Source: Candidatus Daviesbacteria bacterium (GTDB lineage: Bacteria > Patescibacteriota > Microgenomatia > Daviesbacterales > UBA10151). From it: a stretch of 64,000 nucleotides of DNA. The stretch covers positions 2,020 through 66,019 of the forward strand of contig JACPEW010000011.1 of the NCBI GenBank assembly GCA_016183305.1, in the 5' to 3' direction. Below the pieces are notes generated by a model that saw only the letters and a list, made by a program, of their open reading frames with translations, had not been told where the DNA came from and did no database searches. Shown here one piece after another: positions 49,254-59,792 of this stretch. The position numbers and the translations under genes were made by a program. Numbering within the stretch: the stretch's first letter is position 1; each line of letters begins with the position of its first letter.

Positions 49254-49724
49254 ATGTATCCGGATTGGTCCGTCATTGCAATGCTGGCATTGGCGGCAGT
49301 TTTTATTTGGCTGGGAGTCCTGACTTTTTTATTGTGGCAGCAAGATAAGTTTCTAAAATCACTTTTTCCAAGATCTGGAAGCCGTGATATCAGAAAAAAA
49401 TTTGAAGAAATTACAAATAAAGTTGAGGGTTTTTCGGATAAAGTTATTGATTTAGATGACAGGGTAGGAAAAGTCAGGAGCCAAGGATTAACTCATATTC
49501 AAAAGGTGGAACTTTTGCGTTTTAACCCTTATGATGATACAGGAGGAGATCAGAGTTTTGTAGTTTGTTTGTTAGACGATCAGGGAACAGGTGTTGTGAT
49601 AACAAGTTTGCATGCCAGGTCTGGAACTAGATTATTCGGCAAAGAGATAATTTCTGGGAAGAGCGCTAAACATCAATTGTCAAAAGAAGAAGAATTGGTG
49701 ATAAAAAAAGCGGTGGAGAGATAA
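49254..49724 (+). CDS. DUF4446 family protein
   Basis: The N-terminal TM and the LRFNPYDDTGGDQSF...VVITSLHARS pattern resemble the DUF4446 family. Confidence 0.65.
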   Translation: MYPDWSVIAMLALAAVFIWLGVLTFLLWQQDKFLKSLFPRSGSRDIRKKFEEITNKVEGFSDKVIDLDDRVGKVRSQGLTHIQKVELLRFNPYDDTGGDQSFVVCLLDDQGTGVVITSLHARSGTRLFGKEIISGKSAKHQLSKEEELVIKKAVER

Positions 49725-49739
49725 AAATTAATAATTACT

Positions 49740-50915
49740 ATGAATAAAATAACAGATTTATTTCAAAGCTTAACTAATTTACAAAAGATGTTGGTGCTGA
49801 TTATACTAGGAGTAGTATTATATGGAGCTTCAGCAAGCCTTTCTTATTCTTTATTTAGCCAAAATGCTGTAGGTCCTTCTGGCAGTTTAACCACATCACT
49901 TCCAACTCCATCAAATGCTTTTGATGAAGACCCAAATGAGCCCAAAACGGAAAGTTGTCCGCTAAACGGCACAATGAAAACCAAGAAAGCTAAAGACTTT
50001 TGGAGCAAGAGAAGACCGCTGGCTGTAATGGTTGAAAATCATACAGAATCAAGACCTCAATCAGGTTTATCTTCAGCGGATATCATATATGAAGCAGTAG
50101 CGGAAGGAGGGATTACCCGGTTTATGGCCCTCTATTATTGTAATCTTTCAGATGTTCAAGTTGGTCCTGTTAGGTCTGCCAGAACCTATTACTTGGATTG
50201 GCTGGGAGAGTATGACGCTCTATATGCTCATGTAGGAGGAGCAAATACGCCTGGTCCAGCTGATGCTCTATCGCAGATTATAAAATATGGTGTTAAAGAC
50301 CTAAACCAATTTAGTATAGGTTTTCCAGTCTTTTGGAGGGATTATCAAAGGTTAGGGCGGTCTGTTGCTACAGAACATACAATGTATTCAACAACTGCAA
50401 AACTTTGGGAGATTGGAGCAAAAAGAGGTTGGACTGCAACAGATTCTGCCGGGATAAAATGGGATAGTAAATTTACTCCTTGGAAATTTAAAGAAGAAAA
50501 AGGCGGAGGTTCAACAACTAAGCTAGTAGTGAATTTCTGGCAATCACAACCAGGCTATGAGGTTAACTGGACTTATGATTCTGCTTCTAATACTTACCAA
50601 AGAAAAAATGGTGGTTCTAACTATATTGATTTAAATAATAAAGCTCAACTAACTGCCAAGAATATTGTTATCCAATTCCAGCGTGAATCAAATGCCAATG
50701 ATGGTTATCCGGGCAATGTTCATCTTTTGTATGGGACTACCGGAAGCGGTAAAGCGCTTATTTTCCAGGATGGAAATGTGATAGAAGGTAAATGGATTAA
50801 GGTCTCCAGGACTGCAAGAAGCAAATATGTAAACGCTAGTGGAAAGGAAATAGAATTTAACAGGGGCCAAATTTGGATTCAAACTGTCCCGGAAGGATCT
50901 AAAGTAAGCTACTAG
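49740..50915 (+). CDS. DUF3048 domain-containing exported protein (YerB-like)
   Basis: The signal/TM segment and MVENHTESRPQSGLSSADIIYEAVAEGGITRFMALY resemble the DUF3048 family. Confidence 0.65.
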   Translation: MNKITDLFQSLTNLQKMLVLIILGVVLYGASASLSYSLFSQNAVGPSGSLTTSLPTPSNAFDEDPNEPKTESCPLNGTMKTKKAKDFWSKRRPLAVMVENHTESRPQSGLSSADIIYEAVAEGGITRFMALYYCNLSDVQVGPVRSARTYYLDWLGEYDALYAHVGGANTPGPADALSQIIKYGVKDLNQFSIGFPVFWRDYQRLGRSVATEHTMYSTTAKLWEIGAKRGWTATDSAGIKWDSKFTPWKFKEEKGGGSTTKLVVNFWQSQPGYEVNWTYDSASNTYQRKNGGSNYIDLNNKAQLTAKNIVIQFQRESNANDGYPGNVHLLYGTTGSGKALIFQDGNVIEGKWIKVSRTARSKYVNASGKEIEFNRGQIWIQTVPEGSKVSY

Positions 50916-50981
50916 AGGCAGAATCTAGTTGAAACCCACTGCTCAGAAAGGTGGTGAACAGAAGACTGTTCAAAAAATATT

Positions 50982-51572
50982 ATGCTTGAGGAACTTTTTG
51001 TCTCAAGAGTCCGGGTAAAAATATTACAACTTTTTTTGTCTTCGCCTCAGGAATCGCTTTTCCATGTCCGTGAAATAGTCCGGAGGGTTGCTGAAGAAAT
51101 TAATGCGGTAAGAAGAGAACTTTCCAGAATGGAAAAATATGGGATGGTTTCATCAGAGTGGCGGGCTAACAGAAGACTATATAGATTCAGAAAAGACTAT
51201 GTCTATTATAATGAGCTGGTATCGCTGGTTGCAAAAACAACAGGTTTAGGGGGAAGTTTAATAAAAAGCAAACAAAAACTCGGTAAGATAAAATTTGCCT
51301 TTATCTCAACAAGGTTTTTAAGAGGAAACTTGCCATCTAGCGATAATGTTGATATTTTAGTGGTAGGAAATATTGTCTTGCCAGAGTTACAGTCTCTTAT
51401 TTCAGATGAACAAGCTAAGCAAGATGCAGAGATTAATTATTCTTTTATGGATGAAGCAGAGTTTAAATTTAGGGTAAAAAGAAGAGATCCGTTTATCTTA
51501 AGAGTATTGGTTCAGCCTAAGGTGATGTTAATAGGAGACGAAGGAGAACTCTTAGAGGGGGTTATAGTTTAG
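50982..51572 (+). CDS. hypothetical protein, possible winged-helix N-terminal domain
   Basis: ORF with wHTH-like N-terminus (VREIVRRVAEEINAVRRELSRMEKYGMV). Confidence 0.4.
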   Translation: MLEELFVSRVRVKILQLFLSSPQESLFHVREIVRRVAEEINAVRRELSRMEKYGMVSSEWRANRRLYRFRKDYVYYNELVSLVAKTTGLGGSLIKSKQKLGKIKFAFISTRFLRGNLPSSDNVDILVVGNIVLPELQSLISDEQAKQDAEINYSFMDEAEFKFRVKRRDPFILRVLVQPKVMLIGDEGELLEGVIV

Positions 51573-52874
51573 GTGAAACCGAGAACTATTCTTTGGCTGA
51601 TTGTTCTCATTACTTTTGTAGCGGTTTTAATAGATATTCCTAATCTTCCTTCATTAAAAATATTAGATAAAAGAATAACTGCCCCTAAATTTCCTCTTAA
51701 ATTAGGGCTTGATCTGCAAGGAGGTACAGAAGTAGTTTTGGAAACCCAGATGGATAAAATTGATCCCAAAAATAGGGATACTGCTTTAGAATCTGCAAAG
51801 CAGGTAATAGAAAGAAGGATAAATTTATATGGAGTATCAGAGGCTTTAGTGCAGACATCCAAAATAGGAGAACAAAGAAGGATTATAGTTGAACTACCAG
51901 GGCTCAAAGAAGCATCATCTGCAGCAGGCTTAGTTGGAAAAACTGCGCAATTGGATTTCCGGGAGCTTGTAGCAACTCCTTCAGCAGAAGCTACTCAATC
52001 AGCACAGGCTTATTTATCTTCTTTTAAATCAACAGGTTTAACAGGAGCTGATTTAAAAGAAGCCAAGGTTACTTTTGGTAGCGGTCAAGGTGCCAGATCT
52101 GGACCGCAAGTTGGGATAGAATTTACAGCAGAGGGGGCTAAGAAATTTGCTGAAATTACCAAAAGAAATGTTAACAAACCTCTAGCAATGTTTCTGGATG
52201 ATGTGCCAATTAGCTGGCCTCCTCCTGTTGTTCAACAAGAAATTATTGGTGGCGATGCAGTAATTACAGGAGAATTTAGCATAGAGGAAGCAAAAAACTT
52301 GAGCGTTCAACTTAATGCTGGAGCCTTGCCTGTTCCAATAAAAATTATAGAACAGCAATCAATAGGACCCACTCTTGGTGCCCAATCAGTAAATAAAAGT
52401 ATAGTTGCAGGCATTATTGGCTTAGGCATAGTTGTTTTATATATGGCAGCTTACTATGGTATTTTAGGCTTGGTAGCTGATGCAGCTTTAATTATTTATA
52501 CAATTTTAGTGTTAGCTATTTTTAAAACTGGCCTTTTTATTCTACCGCCCATAACCTTAACTTTAGCAGGAATTGCTGGGTTTATCTTATCAATTGGTAT
52601 GGCAGTTGATGCAAATATTTTAATTTTTGAAAGAATGAAAGAAGAAATCCGCTGGGGTAAAAGTAAAACTATCGCTTTGGAATTAGGATTCAAAAGAGCC
52701 TGGTCTTCAATTTGGGCTTCAAATGTCTCATCTCTTATGACAGCTGCAATTTTATATGGTATGGGTACGTCATTAATTAAAGGTTTTGCTATTACTTTAG
52801 CAATTGGTGTCTTGGTATCGATGTTTACAGCAATGGTAGTAACCAGGACATTTATGAGGTTTATTATTAAATAA
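51573..52874 (+). CDS. secD: protein translocase subunit SecD
   Basis: GTG start; periplasmic domain plus 6-TM domain with conserved SecD C-terminal motifs. Confidence 0.9.
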   Translation: MKPRTILWLIVLITFVAVLIDIPNLPSLKILDKRITAPKFPLKLGLDLQGGTEVVLETQMDKIDPKNRDTALESAKQVIERRINLYGVSEALVQTSKIGEQRRIIVELPGLKEASSAAGLVGKTAQLDFRELVATPSAEATQSAQAYLSSFKSTGLTGADLKEAKVTFGSGQGARSGPQVGIEFTAEGAKKFAEITKRNVNKPLAMFLDDVPISWPPPVVQQEIIGGDAVITGEFSIEEAKNLSVQLNAGALPVPIKIIEQQSIGPTLGAQSVNKSIVAGIIGLGIVVLYMAAYYGILGLVADAALIIYTILVLAIFKTGLFILPPITLTLAGIAGFILSIGMAVDANILIFERMKEEIRWGKSKTIALELGFKRAWSSIWASNVSSLMTAAILYGMGTSLIKGFAITLAIGVLVSMFTAMVVTRTFMRFIIK

Positions 52875-52881
52875 CTTTTAT

Positions 52882-53751
52882 ATGCAATTTAAATCTAAAA
52901 CGCCACATTATGAATATTTAAAGAATAAATGGGTTTTACGCCACCGGGCTATTCAAAATAAATTTTGGGAAAATCATAGCGATGCTTTAAAACATTTAGC
53001 AGCAGGTTCTTTAGGAGGATTAATGTTGTTGTCCGCTCCTAATTTAGGGCAATTGCCTGTTTCAATTGAAGCTCATAGCCGTGAAGATATTTCAAAAAGC
53101 TTTGATAAAAATGTATTACTGGCTCAGGTTTTATCTGATAAAGCGCCTAAGGAAGTAAGGCCTCTTAATCTAGAAGAAGAAAAAGAAATTACTGATTTAT
53201 TATCCACAAATTTCGGTGTTAAAGTAACATCAGAGATAGATGGTATTAAGCTTAATAGAAACTATGGTTTGATAGGAGGGGAGCAGCATTTATACCGTTA
53301 TCCTGGTGATAATCTATATGCTCATGCCGGTAATGCGTCTGATTGGGCAAAATATGGTGGGGCAGGAATTGCGCCAGGGCTTGGCGCTTGGGGCTATTTT
53401 GCTCCTTCGCAAAAGGACTTTAAAGAGATTGACAAAAAAAGAGAGCGTTATTATTTAGCAATACAAACTTTCCTAACTCCAGGTTTTGCAGAAAATTTTA
53501 CAAAATTCCGGGATTTTTTCAAGTTTAGGAAAATGTTAGTAGTTAACCCAAAGACTGGTCAAGCAATAGTAGCTGTAATTGGTGATGCTGGACCATCAGA
53601 ATGGACTGGCAAACACCTAGGCGGTTCGCCAGAGGTAATGGATGTATTAGGATTAGCAACTGGACCGGGGAAAGGACCAGTGTTATATTTTTTTATTGAT
53701 GACCAAAAAAATGAAATACCTTTAGGTCCAATAAAAGGGTCTATATTATGA
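52882..53751 (+). CDS. membrane-anchored protein with C-terminal RlpA/3D-like double-psi beta-barrel motif
   Basis: N-terminal TM (HLAAGSLGGLMLLSAP). The C-terminal MLVVNPKTGQAIVAVIGDAGPS...GGSPEVMDVLGL matches the DPBB/RlpA-like pattern. Confidence 0.45.
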   Translation: MQFKSKTPHYEYLKNKWVLRHRAIQNKFWENHSDALKHLAAGSLGGLMLLSAPNLGQLPVSIEAHSREDISKSFDKNVLLAQVLSDKAPKEVRPLNLEEEKEITDLLSTNFGVKVTSEIDGIKLNRNYGLIGGEQHLYRYPGDNLYAHAGNASDWAKYGGAGIAPGLGAWGYFAPSQKDFKEIDKKRERYYLAIQTFLTPGFAENFTKFRDFFKFRKMLVVNPKTGQAIVAVIGDAGPSEWTGKHLGGSPEVMDVLGLATGPGKGPVLYFFIDDQKNEIPLGPIKGSIL

Positions 53752-54077
53752 AGCACTTTTACACACATTTAATAGAAATAGAATCAATTATTATAGAACT
53801 TGATAAGCTGGATTTGTCTATGGAACAAAAAACTCATCTGACTAGTTTAATTGATTCCAGTTTACACCATACTATTTTGGATGTTGTTTTGTCTCAGCTT
53901 AGCATTCAAGACAAGAAAATATTTCTAACTTACTTACAAGAAGGTAAGCATGATAAAATTTGGCAGTTTTTGAATGAAAAAGTTGATGGCGTAGAAGAAA
54001 AGATTAAAAAAGCAGCAGAGGATTTAAAGCTTCAGCTGCATAAAGATTTAAAAGAGACAAAAAAGAATCAACTATGA
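53748..54077 (+). CDS. hypothetical helical protein (109 aa)
   Basis: ORF translationally coupled between secD-associated ORF and secF. Confidence 0.4.
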   Translation: MKHFYTHLIEIESIIIELDKLDLSMEQKTHLTSLIDSSLHHTILDVVLSQLSIQDKKIFLTYLQEGKHDKIWQFLNEKVDGVEEKIKKAAEDLKLQLHKDLKETKKNQL

Positions 54078-54958
54078 ATTTAATGAAATATAAAGTTTGG
54101 TATTTTGTTTTTTCCTTGCTGATTATTTTACCAGGATTATATTTTCTTGTTACTTCTGGATTAAAATTGGGAATAGATTTTACAGGAGGAGCTTTGCTTG
54201 AATATAAATTTGAGAAGAAAATTAACTCACCGCAGTTAAAACAACAGATTGAGTCTCAAGGTATTATAGTTGGGCAAATTACTCCCTCAGCAAATAATGT
54301 GTATATTATCAGGACAAAACCAGCTGAACAGAATAAAGTAGCTGTTTTAAAGAATTTTTTAACCGCAAAGTTTGATAAGGTAGAGGAAAGAAGGATTGAG
54401 TTTGTTGGACCTATTATCGGATCTGAACTACAACAAAAAGCTGTTACTGCCACTGTGCTTGCTTCTGTGATGATTGTTTTATATATTGCTTATTCTTTTA
54501 GAAAAATACCTAAACCAGCATCAGCTTGGAGGTTTGGCATTTCTGCAGTAATTGCTTTAGTGCACGATATATTAGTGGTGGTAGGGGCATTTGCGGTATT
54601 AGGAAAGTTTTTAGGGGTGGAAATTGATACTCTTTTTGTAACAGCTCTTTTAACAGTAATAGGATTTTCTGTCCATGATACGATTGTGGTCTTTGACAGG
54701 ATTAGAGAAAACTTAGGAAAAAACATAGGAAAAAAATTTATTGATGTTGCTAATTTATCAGTAATTCAAACTCTGGGCAGATCTTTGAATACTACTTTAA
54801 CGGTTGTTTTTGTCCTCTTGGCATTATTGCTTTTTGGCGGAGAAACTTTAAAATGGTTTGTGGTAGCGCTTTTAGTAGGAATAATTTCCGGTACTTATTC
54901 TTCAATCTTTAATGCCACAGCATTACTTGTTTGGTGGGAAGAAAAGTTGAGCCACTAA
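54074..54958 (+). CDS. secF: protein translocase subunit SecF
   Basis: 6-TM domain with conserved SecF motifs (GVEIDTLFVTALLTVIGFSVHDTIVVFDRIRE). Confidence 0.9.
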   Translation: MNLMKYKVWYFVFSLLIILPGLYFLVTSGLKLGIDFTGGALLEYKFEKKINSPQLKQQIESQGIIVGQITPSANNVYIIRTKPAEQNKVAVLKNFLTAKFDKVEERRIEFVGPIIGSELQQKAVTATVLASVMIVLYIAYSFRKIPKPASAWRFGISAVIALVHDILVVVGAFAVLGKFLGVEIDTLFVTALLTVIGFSVHDTIVVFDRIRENLGKNIGKKFIDVANLSVIQTLGRSLNTTLTVVFVLLALLLFGGETLKWFVVALLVGIISGTYSSIFNATALLVWWEEKLSH

Positions 54959-54962
54959 TAAA

Positions 54963-56297
54963 CTATTTAAAAGATTTAATTCTTTCTAATAAATATTCCT
55001 CAGTATTTCTTGAGGAATCCTCTGAGACTTCTTTAAAGAGCTGTTCTAAAACTTTACCTACTTTTGGTCCTGGTTTAATATTTAAAACTTCCATTACATC
55101 ATTGCCAGTTACTTTTAAATCAGAGATGGAAAATGGTTTTTTTAAAACTTCTTTGATTCTTTTTTGGAATTCTTCCATCCTCCAGGAAATTGCTTTTTGA
55201 GTTCCGCCCCCCAGTCTATCTCCCACTCTTACTGCCATCATATCCTCAATATTTTCTAAACCAACATTTTTAATAAATCTTCTGACTGCAGAATCAGTTT
55301 GGTCTTCTGAGACTGTGAATAGATGCCGTCTGACTAACCTGTATAATTTGTCAGTTTGTTTTTTTGATAAATTAAATCTTTTGGCTATATCTAAAACAAT
55401 TCTTCCTCCAACTATGTCATGGTTATAAAAAGTGACATTACCATCAGCAGCGGTTTTAACAGTGTTAACTTTACCTATATCATGCAAAAGGCTAGCCAGT
55501 CTTACTAATGGGTCAGCAGATGGTGTGTGTTTGAGAGCCAGTAATGAATGTTCTCCAATATCATAAACCCGGTCATGCTTTGGTCCCTGCTGGACAATAC
55601 CAAAACATCTTTCCAGCTCCGGCAAGATAAGCTGTAAAATTCCTGACCCCCTTAATTTAACAATTCCTGCATAAGGGTCACTGGAGGCAAGCAGTTTAAA
55701 TAATTCATCCCTTATTCTCTCATTGGCAATTTCTTTCAGAAGATGGGCATTTTCTTTAACTGCTTTAAGAGTATTGGGTTCTATTTTAAATTCCAGTTCA
55801 GTTGCAATTCTGACTGCCCTCATTAAACGGAGAGCATCTTCTTTAAATCTTTGCTCGGGATTGCCGACTGTTTTGATAATTTTATTTCTAATGTCCTCTT
55901 GGCCATTAAATGGATCAATTATTTCATCTTTATCTGATAAAGCAAGAGCATTAATAGTAAAATCTCTTCTGGCAAGATCTTCTTCTATTTTATTTGTCCA
56001 ACCAACTTTATCAGGGTGGCGGTGATCTTTATAATCACTCTCTTTTCTCATAGTGGTAATTTCAAAAATTCCTAAGGGAGTATTTAATCCAACAGTTCCA
56101 AACTTATTATCATAAAATCCCTGAGGAATCAGTTTTAAAATTTCTTCTGGTTTAGCATCAGTGGTAAAGTCCCAATCATTTACTTGTCTGCTCATCATAA
56201 GATCACGGACTACTCCTCCAACGATATAAATTTGGAATTTAGCTTTTTCAAATTTATCTAAAATATCCTTTACCTTATTAGGTAAGTTTTTATTCAT
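54963..56297 (-). CDS. cca: CCA-adding enzyme / poly(A) polymerase family with HD domain
   Basis: Nucleotidyltransferase head (GGVVRD...DWD) and HD domain (LLHDIGK). Confidence 0.85.
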   Translation of the reverse strand: MNKNLPNKVKDILDKFEKAKFQIYIVGGVVRDLMMSRQVNDWDFTTDAKPEEILKLIPQGFYDNKFGTVGLNTPLGIFEITTMRKESDYKDHRHPDKVGWTNKIEEDLARRDFTINALALSDKDEIIDPFNGQEDIRNKIIKTVGNPEQRFKEDALRLMRAVRIATELEFKIEPNTLKAVKENAHLLKEIANERIRDELFKLLASSDPYAGIVKLRGSGILQLILPELERCFGIVQQGPKHDRVYDIGEHSLLALKHTPSADPLVRLASLLHDIGKVNTVKTAADGNVTFYNHDIVGGRIVLDIAKRFNLSKKQTDKLYRLVRRHLFTVSEDQTDSAVRRFIKNVGLENIEDMMAVRVGDRLGGGTQKAISWRMEEFQKRIKEVLKKPFSISDLKVTGNDVMEVLNIKPGPKVGKVLEQLFKEVSEDSSRNTEEYLLERIKSFK

Positions 56298-56332
56298 AAT
56301 CTTAATTTTACCTTTTAATTATCTGTGATACA

Positions 56333-57925
56333 ATGCAGCTTGACATGAAGTGGAAAATAATTCCTAAAAGGTCTGATGATTTAATTGAACAGCTGCTTAT
56401 AAATCGTGGTATTAAAACTAAAAAAGAAAAAGAAGACTTTTTCCATCCAAAATTAAAAGATTTTGAACAGGATTTAAATATTTCTGGAATTGAAAAAGCC
56501 ACTAAAAGAATCTTGAAAGCAATAGATAAAAATGAATTAATAATAGTTTATGGTGATTATGATGTAGATGGAATTTGTGCTTCAGCAATTTTATATAAAG
56601 GGTTAACTTCAATAGGAGCAAAAGTTTTGCCCTATATCCCACACCGGGAAAAAGAAGGATATGGGTTATCAGAGCAAGGATTGCAATTTGCTAAAGACCA
56701 GGGAGCAGCAGTAGTTATTACTGTTGATAATGGAATCGTAGCTGTAAACCAGGCTGTTTTTGCCAAAAACTTAGGCTTAGATTTAATCATTACAGATCAT
56801 CATGTGCCAGGAGAAAAAATGCCGGAAACATATGCAATTGTTCATTCAACTAAAATGTGTGGAGCTGCAGTTGCTTGGTGTTTAATCCGGGGTTTAGTAA
56901 AAAAGGAATTAGTTGAGGAATTGTTGCAATTTGTAGCAATTGCCACAGTTTGTGATTTAATTCCTCTTATTGGTTTAGGCAGGGCTTTTGTTTTTGAAGG
57001 TTTAAAAGTATTGAATAAAACAACAAATCTTGGATTGTTGGCTCTTGCTGCTGAGGCAGGAATAACCATAGGAGGTGTTAGGTCATTTGAGATAGGTTAT
57101 ATTATTGGTCCAAGGTTAAATGCTATGGGCAGGGTAGAGCATGCTATAGATTCTTTGCGTTTGCTTTGCACAAAAGACCCTAGTAAGGCCCAAAAGCTTG
57201 TTAAGCTATTATCTGAAACTAATACCACTCGTCAGAAGATGACTATGGATGCCTTAGAACAAGCAAAGTTATTAATAGACAGACAACAGTCAATTCATGT
57301 TTTAGTCAGTAAAGATTGGTCTGCTGGAATTATTGGTTTAGTAGCAGGTAAAGTTTGTGAGGAATATTATCGTCCAGCAATTGCTATCTCAGTTGGTGAG
57401 GAAGTTTCCAAAGGATCTGCCCGGTCTATAGATGGGATTAATATTGTTGAGGTTATAAGAGAACATGCTGATATTTTACTTGATGTGGGAGGTCATCCTG
57501 GAGCTGCTGGCTTTTCTATTTTAAGCAAGCATATAAAAATTTTTAAAAAAAGGCTGGAAGAGTATGAGATAGTATTACCAGAAGAGAACAGGGTTTTAGA
57601 AATTGATGCTTTAGTTGATAGTAAAAAGTTAACCAAAAGTTTAATTGCACAAATACAGAAATTTGAACCATTTGGCTTTGGCAATAAAAGGCCAGTTTTA
57701 GCAACTGAAAAAATGAGGATTTCAGATTTAAAAACAGTAGGAAATGGCAAGCATCTTAAATTTAAAACGGATAACATTGAATCTATAGCTTTTGGAATGG
57801 GGGATTTAGCTAATGTTTTGCAGGCAGGTCAATTAATTGATGTGGCATATAATTTAGAGTTAGATACCTATAATGGTTTTGAAAAAATACAACTTAAGGT
57901 AAAAGATATTAAATTAGCAAGCTAA
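56333..57925 (+). CDS. recJ: single-stranded-DNA-specific exonuclease RecJ
   Basis: DHH (IVYGDYDVDGICASAI), ITDHH, DHHA1 region. Confidence 0.88.
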   Translation: MQLDMKWKIIPKRSDDLIEQLLINRGIKTKKEKEDFFHPKLKDFEQDLNISGIEKATKRILKAIDKNELIIVYGDYDVDGICASAILYKGLTSIGAKVLPYIPHREKEGYGLSEQGLQFAKDQGAAVVITVDNGIVAVNQAVFAKNLGLDLIITDHHVPGEKMPETYAIVHSTKMCGAAVAWCLIRGLVKKELVEELLQFVAIATVCDLIPLIGLGRAFVFEGLKVLNKTTNLGLLALAAEAGITIGGVRSFEIGYIIGPRLNAMGRVEHAIDSLRLLCTKDPSKAQKLVKLLSETNTTRQKMTMDALEQAKLLIDRQQSIHVLVSKDWSAGIIGLVAGKVCEEYYRPAIAISVGEEVSKGSARSIDGINIVEVIREHADILLDVGGHPGAAGFSILSKHIKIFKKRLEEYEIVLPEENRVLEIDALVDSKKLTKSLIAQIQKFEPFGFGNKRPVLATEKMRISDLKTVGNGKHLKFKTDNIESIAFGMGDLANVLQAGQLIDVAYNLELDTYNGFEKIQLKVKDIKLAS

Positions 57926-57934
57926 TAATTAATT

Positions 57935-59647
57935 TTAAGCCCTAAGAATACCAACGCATGCTTCTACAATAAATGGTTTTCCAGATCTGGTAATCTGTTG
58001 TGCTTGTAGTAAGGCTGGTTCAACTTCTTCTGCTCTGGTGACTCTTATTCCTTGAATGCCAAATGCCTGACCAGCAGCCAAAAAATCAGGATTATGGTCT
58101 GTTTGGTCTGTTTCACATATCCGGCCATCGCCGGATTTTTCTTGTGTTATCTGGACTGAACCAAATGCCTTATTGTTCATAACTATACTACAAGTTGGTA
58201 TCTGATATGCCCTTTCTGTTCCAAATAAAGGGAGAACTCTTAGTCCGGCCCCATCTCCCATAAGGGCAAATACATCCCTATCAGGAGCTGCTATCTTGAC
58301 CCCCATTGCAGCAGGTAGGCCAAAACCCATAGCTCCAAGACCACCTGAAGCAAAAAAACTTTTAGGGTCTTCTGCTAAATACCTTTCAACAGCAACAAAT
58401 TTAGATTGTCCTGAGTCGCTTACCACAACTGCCTTACCTCTTGTTACTTTAGATAATATATCTATTACCTCATCAGGCATTAATTGGCTATCTGGAGAAG
58501 ATGATCCTACGGTTGTTTTAGCTTGTTGTATTTCTTCATCAAACATTGCCCGCCATGCAGTGTTTTTCTTCCAGATAGTTCTTTTAAGTATTTCTTCTAA
58601 AGCAAAAGCAGCGTTTGCTGCAATAGATAATTGGGCAGATCTTGTTTGATCGCATTGTTCAGGTGCAGTATCAATCTGAATTAGTGTAGCTTGCCGGGCA
58701 AACCTTTCCCCCAGCCCTCTAGTAGCTTTTTCGTCACGGCGCGCACCAACAACTAATATACAATCCGCATTATCTATTATTTGATTAGCTATATCTCTAC
58801 CTCTAACACCTATCATGCCAGCGTTTAAATGATGGGTATCTGGAAAACCGGATTTTCCATGTAAAGTATAAACAACATAACTATCAGTTTTTCTAGCTAA
58901 CTCATCAAGGAATCGTGGCGCATTGGGTGACATAAGTAGTCCATTACCAACTAAAATTACTGGTTTTTGGGAGTGATTAAGTATATCGGCAGCATGATTA
59001 AATTGCCATGCATCCATTGGAGTATTAACAGGATATATTGGAGCAGTATCGGGATAGAAAGGTTTAAAAGTATCTTTTGCTAATTGTATATCTTCGGGAA
59101 TTTCTACAACAACTGGGCCAGGGCGGCCGCTTCGAGTGCAATAAAATGCTTCTTGCATCACTTCTGTGGTGGCACCAGGCTTTCGAATTCGGAAAGCTTG
59201 TTTTACTACTACTTTGGTTAGTTCAGGTACATCAACATTTTGATATGTATCCAGGCCGATATATTTGCTGTGCCCGCTTCCAATAACAGCAATAAGTGAG
59301 GTAGAATCCTTTTTTGCATTTGCTAATGACGTTATTAAATCAGTTAAGCCCGGTCCTCCTATAGTTATTACAACACCTACTTTTCCACTCATTCGAGCAT
59401 ATCCTTCGGCAGCATAGCCTGCTCCTTGTTCGTGAGCAGGCCTAAAGAATTGTATTCTTCCTCTATTTGGAGAAGTAATCAAGGGATTATTGGATGTACC
59501 AGAATATACAAAGGCTTTATCTGTACCTTCTGCTTCCAAGTAACCTAAGACAGCATCGGCTGCAGTCATTGTTCTCTGGCCTATTTGTACTTCTCTTAAT
59601 ACCGCAGGTGTTTGTTTTGGGTTAGATGGGTCTATTTCTGGTGTCAT
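57935..59647 (-). CDS. thiamine-pyrophosphate-dependent enzyme (acetolactate-synthase large-subunit family)
   Basis: N-terminal TPP pyrimidine-binding domain, central domain, C-terminal TPP-binding domain. GC-richer than surroundings. Confidence 0.8.
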   Translation of the reverse strand: MTPEIDPSNPKQTPAVLREVQIGQRTMTAADAVLGYLEAEGTDKAFVYSGTSNNPLITSPNRGRIQFFRPAHEQGAGYAAEGYARMSGKVGVVITIGGPGLTDLITSLANAKKDSTSLIAVIGSGHSKYIGLDTYQNVDVPELTKVVVKQAFRIRKPGATTEVMQEAFYCTRSGRPGPVVVEIPEDIQLAKDTFKPFYPDTAPIYPVNTPMDAWQFNHAADILNHSQKPVILVGNGLLMSPNAPRFLDELARKTDSYVVYTLHGKSGFPDTHHLNAGMIGVRGRDIANQIIDNADCILVVGARRDEKATRGLGERFARQATLIQIDTAPEQCDQTRSAQLSIAANAAFALEEILKRTIWKKNTAWRAMFDEEIQQAKTTVGSSSPDSQLMPDEVIDILSKVTRGKAVVVSDSGQSKFVAVERYLAEDPKSFFASGGLGAMGFGLPAAMGVKIAAPDRDVFALMGDGAGLRVLPLFGTERAYQIPTCSIVMNNKAFGSVQITQEKSGDGRICETDQTDHNPDFLAAGQAFGIQGIRVTRAEEVEPALLQAQQITRSGKPFIVEACVGILRA

Positions 59648-59792
59648 AAAAAAATCTCCCCGGCAGGAGAATAAAAATATTACCTATAGTTTGATAGGTT
59701 TCTTACTTTTTTGCAGTGATATTTCTCACATTGCCACTAAAAACTTGGGGTCTTATATAATTGACCCCAGGTTATAAAAACTTATTTTATTT

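Noticed and set aside
55723-56025. Antisense ORF within cca
   Set aside because: It overlaps a conserved CDS.
58296-59286. Antisense ORFs within the TPP enzyme gene
   Set aside because: They overlap a conserved CDS, and the GC-rich sequence generates open antisense frames.
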